From: Epiperipatus broadwayi
Taxonomy: Eukaryota > Animalia > Onychophora
Direction of reading: 5' to 3'
Assembly: GCA_028023455.1 (NCBI GenBank)
Contig: JAQFVV010000009.1
Coordinates: 18,042,001-18,106,000 of the forward strand
DNA: 64,000 nucleotides
The notes under the pieces are model-generated. The model was not told the DNA's origin. It worked only from the letters and a program-made list of their open reading frames with translations, and made no database searches. Positions 27,401-40,288 of this stretch are shown here, piece by piece (position 1 is the first letter of the stretch; every line of letters starts with the position of its first letter). The position numbers and the translations under genes are program-made.

Positions 27401-27981
27401 TTTATGACTATTACATACTTCATCTTGCTCAGCTTTATCCTGCATTTTAACCTTTCTCTTCTATTGATTCTATATCCTCCGTATTTCCACTATTTCCTCT
27501 ATTTGTTTATCTCTACAACCTACTAGACTATTTGTATTTTCTTAGGTAAATTTCTCTTAATTGTCCTAATTATCTGAGATTCTGACATACATTAAGCTAC
27601 AAGGGTTTTTAACTTCGCTGCCTGTCTCAAAAAAAAAAAACTGTTAAACTTTTGTCTTTTTGTATATTTCACTCTACACTTCTTCAAATACCTTCTTGCT
27701 TCAACATATTCTAAAATATATTTAAAATACTCTTCCTATACTCCTCAAAAGTTTCTGTGGACTGTGGAATAATGCCTTCCACTAGTCTCAGGTTGCTTCC
27801 TCCAAATAGTTAATTGTGATAATTATCTTTTCTTTTTCTGTTAATTGGTAAAAACAAAAGCAGAGGACTCCTCCGTACCTTCTTTAAACATTTTAATTTT
27901 GATTTTCTCTCAGGACATTTTACATTCTAAAATCCTAATGTTGGAGTGCTATTTTCTAACCTAAACCCTGTAATTACTTTG
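24462..27981 (-). mobile_element. gag-pol: Decayed Ty3/Gypsy internal region (gag-PR-RT-RNaseH-IN)
   Basis: gag-like RQAAKLKTL..MSESQIIRTIKRNLP; protease ALLDLGSQISL; RT VFQRVPFGL and YMDD (26461-26450); RT/RNaseH FLGICNFY...NPDFNK...VLFQE; integrase CQVC, LAIDF, THHESTKLTP. The order is Gypsy-type. Confidence 0.88.
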
Positions 27982-28815
27982 TGATGCTGCATGTTGACAT
28001 GTACATAACTTATATGATCACTAGTGAGTGCAACCAGATCGGAGCCTTGAATCAAACTCAAGGAATAGTCTTGTTAACCATTTTAAAAGAGTTGGTCTTA
28101 ATCATATACATTATGGTAAACTAATTGTTTATGTACATGAACACCTACCACACAATAATTCTTATTAATCCCTTTTAAATGGAATGAACTAACTAATCAT
28201 AGAGGGATAACGCTATGTTAATGAACTTAATAATTTGAAATAGTAATTAACTTTAAATAATATGTATTAATTTTAAAAATTTTTTATTCTAGTACAATCT
28301 AATGGAGTGATTCGATCCATCTATCTTAAATCCTTGTATAAATTACTCCCTTTCTTCACTTAAAGCCTCATATGATTAATTATTACAAAATCCAATTATA
28401 AATAAACATTATATATAGCATAACATAACATTCCTGAGAAGTATATGCAAACTGTCCCAAATTGGCAATATAAAAAGGGAAAATATCAGATACTGATCAC
28501 TATAAGACAACATCGTGATATGAATTGGCAAAACTATTTAATCTATAATAACTTAACCCTGATAACAAGCTCCATCTCTTTTGTAAAAGAAGATGGTCTG
28601 GGTGCTCATATCAAAATGATGTTACATTTCTCTCCAGGGTTTATTTAGAAAACTAGCAAATCTACAAGAGATCTTTAATATTCACAATACTATAAAATAA
28701 CTATCTTCTAATCTGCCTAGAGGGATAGATCAATTTTTACTTCACTGAACTATATAATGATTAAATAATAATAAAAACCAAGTGCATGATAAATATAAAA
28801 GAAGAAACAAATTAT
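27982..28815 (-). repeat. LTR-like repeat family A, copy 3 (putative truncated 5' LTR)
   Basis: Homologous to copies 1 and 2. It ends CATCA on the minus strand at 27982, the inverse of the TGATG start of copy 2, and is adjacent to gag. Confidence 0.55.
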
Positions 28816-31019
28816 ATATATTTGTAATCTAATGGAATTAAGAGGAAATTGCTAAATAAATAATATGGGGGAGATTGTAATAGGAGAGAGATTCTTATGT
28901 CTGGAACATGGACTAGACTCAGTGGCGGTTTCAAAAAAAGGAAGGATACTTCAGAGACATCTGTTGAGACAAAAGGAAATTTTAAAAGTAATAATAATAA
29001 TAAATGCTTATTACACAATTAAATAATTACTAATGAAATTAAGAAGAGGAAAAATTATTTATAAAATACTTTTAATATATGACTTCCCCTCCATCAAAAT
29101 ATATTCTCTGAATATATAAGTTATTTGCACCACAGAAACATCTTATACAATTCTTCATCTTAAAATATCTCAATATTTATTATTTGCTATATCAGAATGT
29201 CAAAGAAAGCATGAATTCAAATACTCTACTCTTGCAGAGTAATAATAAAATACAGTGTATTTCTCTAATAGCACATGGAATAATTAAAGTGTCTTTTGCT
29301 ACAACAATAATGTAATTTAAATGAATGACTTATTCAATAATATGAATATAATAACAATAATGATAATCTCAGCATTTTGAATATCTTTTAGGAATTCTTC
29401 TGGAATCACTGTTTGCCAATGAATGACTGATATCCTGGGAGTCTATATGAGGCATATACTTTTCTTATAAGAAAATTCTTCCCAATATTTTGTCACAACA
29501 GAAATAATTACACAAAGAAAATATTACATACTTAAATTCAGAATAATCATAGCCATTTATTCAGGATGTCACTTGAAAACAATAGAAAGAAAAGGGTACA
29601 TTTTATGTCTTTCTATTATCCTATAGACAACACATATATATTAGTAAAATCCAGGTTAATTTAAAGAGCGTATAACAAAATAAGGCAGGATCGGATCTTT
29701 TCTTTTCAATTACAAAATAACATATTTAACAGGTATAAATGCATTTATTGTATTTTAATGACAAATTTAAATAAAACCATTGGCTTATTTTTAAAAAGAC
29801 GATTGCACTTTCTGCTCTTCTCTCTTTTTACAAATACATTAATAAGATAAGTACAGTAGGAGGGAGATAGACGGGGAATACCTTTTTATTCAAAGAAGTT
29901 TCATTATAAATTTTAAATATCCCATATCTAATATAACTGATTAATTATAAAATAAAATAAAAATCAAATTAAATTATTTCCTCACTTCAGCAAGAGCGAA
30001 ATTGTCTCGTTTCTCTTTTGATAAAAGAAAATAAATAAACATATATTTCTAGTAAGTACAATGATGATCGACTAAGATGATAATTTATGTGTAATCTATA
30101 AGTTTAAGAATCGCCATTATAATAAAACAAAATATAACTTAACGAAAGTATTAAAATATCAGATTATATAATTCAAAGCTAAGTAAATTCAATTTACCAA
30201 TTAAAAGGTAAGTGAAAGTTCAAGTTACTGGTAACTAAAGGTGCATGGCAATATATATATATAGCAGGGTGATACAGCCAGGTAAGGAAGGTCCATTGTA
30301 AATCTGTTTCTTTTAAGTTTCCATCTTCAGGGTACGTTTGGGTAGTAGTTATTTACTAATAGGTAGCAGCCATCGATCGGGCAATTCTTCAAGTTCTCCA
30401 GCTGGCTACATTGTTCTGACTCTAACCCAATGACGGCCGGGACAGTGGAGACAAATAGACCTACTTACATTTTTACTGCACGGGTACATTTTTGGATTTA
30501 TATATATATTGGGTGAAAGGATGATGATTTTACGTGCAGTGCAATAGGAGCAGATAGGTTCGTGGAGCTCAGCAAAATCTGTTCAGTCAAAGCTTCCTTC
30601 AACTAGGTTTTTCAACATAAGATTTTTTCGGTCAGAACGGGCAAGCTTCAACAAGTGTAAGTGAGAGAACAAAAGCAAAGTTCTTTATTTATACCCTTCT
30701 TAATTGCCTTTTACATTCCAACCACTAATTAATACTAATCAATTTGTTTAATTTTTTTTCTGTTATCTTACATTTTAATTAATTTTCTTATTTAATGGAT
30801 TTTCTAAATTAAATTCTTTACCTAATGGGTTCTATATCTTAGGAATTCACATTTTATCTTTTAATACAATCTTTTCTGTTTATGCTCTAAAATTATAGTT
30901 TTGTCGTATTTTAACAAAACCGAATAACAATTTAACTTTCTCTTTTCTTATTCCCTTTTAAACAATTTTAGTTTACATCTTACTCCCTGCTATTTAATTA
31001 TTTATCTGTTCATCATCAT

Positions 31020-31600
31020 TTAGCTTGATATACATTCACTGTGGTTGGACTTAGGATCTTTAGCTAGTTTACAGTGAATGGTGAAGCCAGCGTGTATATA
31101 TATATATATGTACAGCTTCAATATTACATTCAAAACGTTAAGTAAATTTTGTAGATCTTTTTTTGATGTGGCAAAAATAGCACAATCATCAACATATTGT
31201 AAATCCAATAAGATGAAATTCTTGCTTTTGCTTGTCAATTCAAATAAAAATTCCACCACCAATCCTATATCAAATTTTGATTTCTATTTATATAAGCTAC
31301 CTTTAAATAGTTCCTAAGATCTTCATCATAAGTATCTAAAACAATGTTGAAGCATGTACACATCTTGTTTAGAACCAATCTATATATCAAATGTCTCAGA
31401 TTTTTTATTTGTAATAATAATGCTTTCTTCCATTCTATCATATAGAAGCTGTTTAATATGATAAATTAATTTTAAACAATACCATAGATCTGTCCTATTA
31501 ACTGAATCAAATACCTTGAGCAAATAAGTAAAAGCAATATATAAATCATACTTTTGTTCCTGACATTTTTCTTTCATTTGCCTGGTACCTGTTCAACAAA
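31020..31600 (-). mobile_element. RTE (BovB-like) RT fragment
   Basis: EKCQEQKYDLYIAF..LLKVFDSVNRTDLW and DLQYVDDCAIFATSKKDLQNLL. Confidence 0.8.
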
Positions 31601-32699
31601 ATCATTGAAAGTATATTTACTATAGTCAGTCAATAATAATAATAGATCGTGATAGTTGCTGCAATCTTGCTATTCCCTTTATTTGTAAAAATTGTAACAC
31701 TAGAAACATCCTTAAAATCAGGTGATCCAACCTCACAGCTCGATATATCCCTAAAAAAATTCCATAATTTTTTTAATGTTACATTAAAATTTTTTTTATT
31801 AAAAAAAAGAAAAACTATTCTTGGAAGGATCTGACAGTAATTTTTTTTTTTTTTAGAAATATATTTTAAACAATATGAAATTTTATTAAAAAGTTTTTTG
31901 TATAACTCTTTTTCTTTATATAAGTCATAGATTCCAAAAATAATATTAAAAATCTAATTTGGTTAGAAAAGGTGAGGGAATAAATATGTAAATGATGATT
32001 TCATTAAAACTATCTATGTTTTTTTAAAATTCTTTTCATTTTTCAAATTCAAAACGATATGACCTGGAATGATTTTTCCTCTTATAATTTTATAACTTAG
32101 TAGAGAATTGAATTCACATTATCTAGTAAAGAAATACAATATTTTCATAAACAAAGGGTTTTATAATATTTTTGTTTATGTATGTAGTTATAAACTACAT
32201 AATTTATAAATGTTTAAAAATAAATTTTACTATCTTACAATTATCATAAATTATTTTAATTTCTTAAAAGATTTAAAATAAAATAGTTTAAATATCTTAT
32301 ATATATTGTTGCTATATGGTTTATGAAAATATGCAGATTTGAAGATATATAGAAATGAGGGTTTCATATTTTTTATATATACAATCATAACAGCTATAAT
32401 GTATAAAATTACTTAATTAAATTAGGGGCTTTGTCAGCATATTGAATTTTTAAAAAACTGACTTATAAACAATTTTTACAATAACTTCAGTTTTAATAAC
32501 GTTAGAGCAAAATGCTATATATTGATAGAAAATAGAAAAACTAAGGAAAACAATAAGGCCAAGTCAAATAGTCATTACCATTAAAAAAGTAAGGTGGGGA
32601 AAGAAATTTCAACATCCAAAATAATTATTACTTTATTGTTTGTTTATAATTTCTAATTTATCATTAATTAAGTTTAAATTACATCTTCATTGATAATTT

Positions 32700-33900
32700 C
32701 TTTGTATTCTTCATAAAATTCTCATTCAAACCATATATAATACTTCTTACCTGAGATAATCCATAGCTTCAGAATCTATAAAAATAGTCACATAAGAATT
32801 CTTCATTTTTATCTTGTACCCCAAAAGTTAACAAATCTCAAGGCATCTATAAGAAAAAGATTCATCCTAATAAAAGATACAAAATAAATCATTTCCAGAA
32901 AATGGATACCATTTGTCATCATAGCAATTGGCTTATTGTCTATTCAAAACTAGAAATTGAATGCTATTATCTGTATCAATGATAAAATGAGTTTCATCTC
33001 TTCATTTTATATTTTTTGTGTACATCAGTGATGTTTATATTCTTTGTGCACACCAGTGATGCTATCTTGTTATATTTATTGTCCCACAGAGATATAGTTT
33101 ATTTGCATATAGCTCATTTGCTAGCTATAGACTTGAAAATAATGTGGTGCCAGATATAGCAAAACTACTGACTCCACAACAAGAGTACCAAGGCATAGGC
33201 AAAAATCAGGATTTGATTCTTTGCCTGCATACAATTCCATGTGGTATACATAACCATTGTGGCTATCACCACACATACCACTTGAAACCTCTTTATTGTT
33301 TTTAAGAGTTTATATTGTCACATGGTACTATGCCCAGTAAATTTTGTGATTGCTTTATCAACTGCAACCTTTCTGTACATTTGATTATCAGTTTTTAAAA
33401 TTTATATTGCACTGCTCTATATACCTTAATTTTATATATAAAAATCATTACTTGTTCTACAAACACAGACATGCAAGTGCAAACACACTAATACAAATGT
33501 AAACACACTAATAAATTATTAAATCTTTTGAGATTCATTATGTCTATAAAATAAGGTTGCCTCAAACTTGGATCAGAGCCCAAAATTACATTGTACATAA
33601 ACCACTTTTGTTATATTTGAATAAAAGTATAATTTATGTTCTACACAAATACACCAATACAAATGCTAACATATTAATAAATTATAGCATTTATCAAATG
33701 ATAATAAAAATTTGAAAATACTATTCAAGTAATTAAAAAATTAAAATTGAATACTTACAACCAATATTTTCAATTATGTTTTTATTGAGATGAAGACCTT
33801 GAAATTAGAATCGAGGCATTTTTAATCCATTTTAGTAAATGAATCTGGCTAATAATAAAATTCTGCCATTTTCTTCTTCTTGCAATCTAGTAAACTGAGC
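32700..33900 (-). pseudogene. Decayed piggyBac-family transposase, apparently split by a 302-bp intron
   Basis: Manual translation gives MPR...LHLN, YKI, QKVAVD.AITKFTG..TM.QYKLLK.IKRF, DSHNGYVYHMELYAGK, LG..VV and ELYANKLYLCGTI, in piggyBac order. TIRs and TTAA sites were not found. Confidence 0.75.
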
Positions 33901-34731
33901 AGAAAAGAAAAAAAATTAAATGAACCTATTAATAAAAAACCAAATTTTGTCCAATTTTAACATGTGATATGCCATTTTAAAAAGAAAATCAAGCAGCAGA
34001 GAATGCTGGGATTTTTGTAAATGCCATGCTTATAGTTTTCCCACAATTTTAAAAAAAAAAAATTTCAATGAATCAGTTGCCATTAGCGGCTATCACACTA
34101 CCACCACTCAAAGCCACTAATTAAATAAAGTTTACTATATAATAGAGCAATGAACTATGCTGCATTTAGTTCCAAACCTCTTGCAAGCAATGTATATAGC
34201 ATATAATAGTTCACATTTTGGTGATAAACCTTGATAACAATATAATAAATATTTATTGTACTGTAAGGGTATAGTACAATACTTTTCAACATGCTTACAT
34301 GTATAAAAATGCTTTATGTGTATAATAAGCATATAAAATTAAATATTATATTGTAATATAAACAAAATTTTTAAAATAATGTTAATAATAAATTGAGAAA
34401 GCACATTTACATATATTTACAGTACTGTATGTGTGTTAAATAGTTCACATTTTTGTTTTATTACAATTAAATACCTGTTCCAGACATGTATTTAATTTTA
34501 ATTAGTTTTCCTTCTCTTATCTTAGACAAAAAGAAATATAAAATACATTAAAGAAAATTAGCAAAATTAATATCACAAATAAAAAAAATGTTCATGTATA
34601 TATATTGCCCACAAATGTCCCTTTTGGTTTTTATACTCTTATATTTTACAAATCAGCTAACAATTAAAGATGGTGCTAACTGACCAAAACTTGTAGTGGG
34701 GATTTGATTATCACCATTTACCATCACAATA

Positions 34732-36658
34732 CCCCCTCCTTGATGAGGTCTGAAATGCATGGTAACTACTTTCACAGTCCTCATCAATACAAATTATCTT
34801 CATGATTCTCCTAATTTATTCACCTAGGAGTATTATCGTGTTGAGTGGAGCAAATTCTGGGAACTTGAGAGTTTTGGAAAATTTATCTATTAGGTTGCAT
34901 TCCAATTCATCACACAATCATTATTTCAAACTGAACCAAAAAGAAAACCATTCCAAAGATATTCAGTTCATCTAGATTCAAATGACCACTATTCAATAAA
35001 GCCTTATCTGTCCCCACATCCTCATAAAATAGATGCAAACTCTGCTCCTGGATAATCTATGTTAACTCAATACAATGACTATAAAACTTGCAATAGCACC
35101 AACAATGTCCAGGTTATGACAAGATACCTAACCAATCCCTACTATAACAAATATCAACAACACATCTGATTCAGCCAAACCCCAAACTTATTTTCTAAAC
35201 ATTCAGAAAACTAAATTGTATCATAGCTTTTTTAATTTACAAATGATTAACCCTATCTGATTAATCATCAATTATCTTAGTTTTTGTCCTTTAACTTTTA
35301 CACCATATATCCTTAGGATAATTTCTACTACATCCTGGACAAAGATGATCGTGACTTTTCTAATAGATCTACTAAATTGAAATTCATCCTTAGTTTTTTT
35401 TCTAGTAGCTTTCTGGACTTTGACTAGCTTTTATTTCCAGTAGGATCCTTCTTTGTGTTTTTTATTTTTTTCTAATTCCATTGCATTAATTAGTGGTCTC
35501 TTGCCCTTTATTTGGTTGATGACCTTGTTGACACTAAAGGCTTATATCTGTGGCATTTAATAACTTCTGCCTATTCAATGGACTGCTTATCAGTGACTAG
35601 TAGCATCTGTTCTGTTTGAAAAGGCAAATTATGTCTTATTATTCAAATAATTTGGCCCTCGGTCATATTACAAGCATCCAAGGTTTTGAGTTTAGTCACC
35701 TGTCTTGTGAAGAATTTAGAATAATTCTCCCCTGTAGTGAGTTTATATTTCTCCTATGTTATTTGATAATGGATAGTCTCCTGTGTTCCTCTGGCCAAAA
35801 ATTGCTCAACAGAGCTTGTTAATTTTAAAAAGATTTTGAGCCTATTGAATAATGAGTCCCACCAGAAGTGCACATCCCCTTGCAGGTGACTACATGCAAT
35901 TGTTAATTCACATTCTTCTAACATGGGGTTAAAAGAAAAGTATGTTTTTAAATTTTTTAAATGTTCAACAGGAACTTCACTAGTTTGATCTTGGAATATC
36001 CAGATTTTCAAAAATTGGTTTACACTAGGATAAGTTTTACTATCTATTTCTCTTTCTTCTCTCTTTAATCATTCCAGGTTGCCTTCTTTCATTCTCAACT
36101 CTTTCATATTTACTTTTAACTTTTGTATATCAGTATGAATTACCATTATATTATCATTTTTTTTATATTCTATCCTATGATTTTCCTCCTTTCCAAGACC
36201 TTCTATGTTCTGGAGTTATCAAGTCTTTCTATGTTCTGGATTTTATACTCAAGACTTTTCTGCTTTTCTTAAATAGTTTCATGTAATTTTTGTTCCTAGA
36301 TATCTTCATCCTTTTCATTTAGGTTTTGATGCTTTTCAGCCATATCATGAAATTGCTGTTTCATACTCTGCTGCATAGTTTTGAACTATTTTCCCCTCAT
36401 ATGTTGTATATTTTCTAGATTATTGTCTTTTTTATATATTTTGCTGTACGATTTGGAATTTTCCATTTATCTTTTGTTCTATATTTTGTAGTATCTCCTT
36501 TGTATCTCTTATATCCGGATTATTATTGTACTGCATATTTTGCAGTTTCATATCCATATTTTAATTAAGGCACACAGCATTTTCATGTCAAATGTTCTTC
36601 TTGTCTGCCACTTGTTCCACTGTCTGATCTAGATCTTGACCTTTTAGCTCTGGTAACA
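34732..36658 (-). mobile_element. gag: Internally deleted Ty3/Gypsy remnant (PBS-gag-partial PR-PPT)
   Basis: ORF 35754-36011 is retrotransposon gag-like (LKTYFSF...IACSHLQGDVHFWWDSL). PPT AAGGAGGGGG (34741-34732) is followed by TGTGATG. A matching LTR pair was not confirmed. Confidence 0.65.
36647..36658 (-). other. Primer-binding site resembling the initiator tRNA-Met PBS
   Basis: TGTTACCAGAGC versus canonical TGGTATCAGAGC (2 mismatches), upstream of gag. Confidence 0.55.
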
Positions 36659-37279
36659 TTGGCTGTATGGATTCTTATCAGAATTTTCAGATTGGCTGAC
36701 TTTTCTCCATTATTTTTGATCGAGTTCTTGTTAACATTGAAATATCAAAAATATTATGTTTTTATATTCGCTCAATTATTTGTTTGTAATGAATTTCTAA
36801 ATTGTAATTTCTATCTTTTAATTAGATTACATGTTATAGATTATCTTTTTTTTTAAAATCTTTCAATGTTTTACATTATTATTTTAGATTTTGTATTATT
36901 TAAAACAGTTACATTAAAACAATACACCAGACTTCCCATCTTTATCGCCAATGACACTATACCACATTATACCCTGCCTGCATTCTCTTTAATCCCCCCC
37001 CCCTTTTTTTTTTTCAAAATCATCTTTCTATTGATATTAAAAATCTTTTACCTGTATTTTTTTATATTTTAGTTGCCTAACACATTTATTGTATTATATT
37101 GGTGTCAATATTTTCTCATTCCAATTTGTTTTTCTCATTAGTATACATAATTTATATATATATGCTGATGGTATATATCTTAACTTAATATATAAAATTA
37201 ACCCATTACTAACCATATGCAAAGTTTGTTTACACTCTACTTTCCTGCATTTAATGTTTTGATTATTATACGATATATA

Positions 37280-37590
37280 AATTTTAATGTTTTTATTTAT
37301 TGCACAAACTATCTTTTATTTTCTTATGCAAAACATTGTGTTATTTATTACTATCTTCACACATTTAATTTCCATATTTATTGCTACAGCTATTCTTTAT
37401 TTTTATACCCAAACACTTGCGCCATTTATTATTGACTTCACACATTTAATTTCCGTATTTATTGCCACAACTATCTTTTCATACCCATACACATTGTGCA
37501 CCATGACTTCACACATTTAATTTCCATATTTATTACCACAACTATCCTTTTTTTTGTACCAATACACATGGGTGCCATTTATTACTATAA
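37280..37590. repeat. Degenerate ~70-80-bp tandem array
   Basis: CTTCACACATTTAATTTCC.TATTTATT recurs at 37355, 37436 and 37507. Confidence 0.8.
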
Positions 37591-37726
37591 AGGGAACTAC
37601 TCTACCCATCACTACTGAGTTCAGATCTGTAACTTAAGTAACATAAGGCAGAGTGAAATAATTTTGCTAATATTAAAAAAATGATTAAACTGACAGCTAT
37701 CAATTGGATAATCATTTCCACCAAGG

Positions 37727-37744
37727 TTGGCTAAGCTTAGCCAA
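37727..37744. other. Perfect 18-bp palindrome TTGGCTAAGCTTAGCCAA
   Basis: Directly visible. A similar TTGGCTAGCTTAACCAAAATA occurs near 51795. Confidence 0.8.
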
Positions 37745-38640
37745 AATAGAGCATTTTATAAAAATCCCAAAGCTTTACGTGCCACTTTCCTAGAAAGATG
37801 TCCTAGAAGACCCTTATTGGAAGGCACATTCAACATTCCCTTAAAGGTTATCCTGCATGCTTGCTCTCCTACTCAACTTCTCTAGGTGAATATCCTACAT
37901 TACAATAAATTCATATACAATTCATTAACTATGGATGGAGTTATGTGAGTGAAATATTAAACACCAGTTCTTGACTAAATACAACAAAAATTTATTTTCT
38001 TAATCTTAATTAGAAATATTTAAAAAAAAGAAACAAAAACAAATTATAATAAAAATATCACACAAAAAGAAAAAAACTCTAACCTATAATACATTAATGC
38101 ATAATAAGAGAATACCCTTTTCCTTATAATTCATTACTGCTTAATAAGAGCACACATCCTCCTTCTATAAGTTTTTTACTGTATGCACTCTTACTACAAC
38201 TTTATGGGCATATAATACACACATATAGAATAATAAACACAAAAAATACACATGCTGATCAATGATATTGCATTAGAGGAAAAAAAAATAGCGAGATATA
38301 TTTCAATTCATGGTTTGTACACATTAACACATAAATACAAAAAATTATATACATCTTTATCTAATTCTCTATGCATACATACATTCGCATATGTATAGTT
38401 TAGTTTTGCTAAGATATTAATTTCTTAACTAAATATAAAAAGTTATATATTTATCTAACTATATGCATACATACATACATTCATATACATATAGTTTAAT
38501 TTTACTAAGACATTAATTTTTTAAATAAATACATATATTGGACAAAATGTTAATTTCCAAAATCTATATATATATATACAAATTAAAAAGCGTATGAAAC
38601 ACTTGAACGAGAAGCTATAAAGATTCCAAAAATTATTATA

Positions 38641-38681
38641 CGCTAAGCGCTTTCGAGGGCATTTGCCTCATATTCATAGCG
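38641..38681 (-). ncRNA. Minimal type I hammerhead-like motif with A3-U8 core (PLE terminal repeat)
   Basis: CGCT-ATGAATA-T-GAGGC aaat GCCCTC-GAA-AGCGCT-T-AGCG: 4-bp stem I, stem II, GAA, palindromic stem III. Confidence 0.7.
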
Positions 38682-39507
38682 GTAATGCGAGATGCAGAAT
38701 GAGGAAATAGGGCAAGGAAACAAAGCAGTATGCAAAATGTATGCAAATGAGCTAGATAGTCCAATGTTTGGAGATGTCAAAGCAGGTATCCCATCTATTG
38801 ACAGCGTTATTATTGCCATTAATGAAGTATGCTTCTCTGATTTTCCGCTTGATGTCATTTTTCTCAATGCTGACTATTTTGGGGTTGGAGGGTTCAAACA
38901 CATGTCCTGTCTTCTTGGAATGTTCTAAGAATGTTGATGAGTTATCATTGTTTTTCTTTGCTCTATTATAGGTGTATCTATGTTGTGCTGTCCTGTTGAT
39001 TATGCCTGCTTTGGTTTCCCCAAAATAAATGGCCCGGCAACCGGGTTGTGGGCATGATATGCTGTAAATGACATGGGGGGTCTGAGAAGGTTTGATTTTA
39101 TCCTTAGAGTTGTTGATTAGACGATTAGTGCATGGGGGTGTATGAAAACTAATTTTAAATTTATTGGACAAAACTTTAATTAATTGGTAGGAGATTTTAG
39201 GTATGTGTGGAAGAGTGATATATGGAATTTTAGTATCGTTTTTATTGTCTATGATTTTCTTATAAAATTGTTTAATTTTATTGTTAATAGTGTTGAATTT
39301 GTAGCCTGCTTGTAGTAGGTCTTTGGTGTAGAGATGTATATTATTCTTTCTATCCGCTTCAAACTTGCACAGTTGCATATTTCTGTATAAAAATGCTTGA
39401 AGGCCTGTAAATTTGTGAGAGCTTAGTGACTTGGAGTGTGGTTGTATAAGACCTCTGATTTCAAAGGGCTTTATTATCATTGAGTAATTTATTGTTTTCT
39501 CATCACG

Positions 39508-39801
39508 TGTTAGCCGAAGGTCGAGGTAATTTAGACTTTGGAAAACATCTTCTGTTGTGGAATTGAAAGTTAGATTAGTGTTTTGTGATAAATCTTGTAT
39601 GATACTATTTGTAATGTGTTGGTTGGCTAAGATGAATATATCATCTACATACCATGTTAGCCGAAAGTTGAGGTAATTTAGACTTTGGAAAACATCTTCT
39701 GTTGTGGAATTGAAAGTTAGATTAGTGTTTAGTGATAAATCTTATATGATAATATTTGTAATGTGTTGGTTGGCTAAGATGAATATATCATCTACATACC
39801 G
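39508..39801. repeat. 147-bp tandem duplication in the inverted PLE RT
   Basis: 39508-39654 versus 39655-39801, about 6 mismatches. Confidence 0.9.
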
Positions 39802-40096
39802 CATGTATATAGTGTGAGGGCAGTCAGCTTGATATTTTGATATGATTAGTTTTTCATAGTGATTAAGGAATATGCTGGTTATAATTCCACTGAGAGGGAG
39901 ACTCATGGGCCATCCACTTTTCATGTTGTACCAACCGATGTGGTATAGATGTGTTTGTCCATCCATGTTAAAAATGTAATGATAAAATTAATGCGTTTTT
40001 CTGATGGTTAGAGCGTTACCTTAAATTTCAATAATCAAGAATCTAAGGACCCAGGTTCGAATCCCATGCTAGTACTGTCACTGGTCAGGCCAGCAA

Positions 40097-40139
40097 CACC
40101 TGAAGAAGAGGGGAGAAAAATACCTCTCGAAACGTTGTG
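40097..40139 (+). ncRNA. Minimal type I hammerhead ribozyme (canonical CUGANGA core)
   Basis: CAC-CTGAAGA-A-GAGGGG agaaaaata CCTCTC-GAA-ACGT-T-GTG. Predicted cleavage is after 40136. Confidence 0.8.
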
Positions 40140-40288
40140 CATATACTAACCTGTTTGCTGTGATATTACTAACAGTTAGTGCATATACTAACCTGTTTGC
40201 TGTGATATTATTAACATTTGTTTGCTGTGATATTACTAACAGTTGGTGCATATACTAACCTGTTTGCTGTGATATTACTAACAGTTGA
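40137..40288 (+). repeat. 42-bp tandem repeats inside the insertion
   Basis: GTGCATATACTAACCTGTTTGCTGTGATATTACTAACAGTT starts at 40137, 40179 and 40246, with one partial unit between the last two. Confidence 0.92.

Noticed and set aside
40005-40070. Functional tRNA gene
   Set aside because: Acceptor and T stems do not pair and the 5' end is missing; treated as a SINE head.
40137-40288. CRISPR-like array
   Set aside because: Units are contiguous with no unique spacers, there are no cas genes, and the context is eukaryotic.
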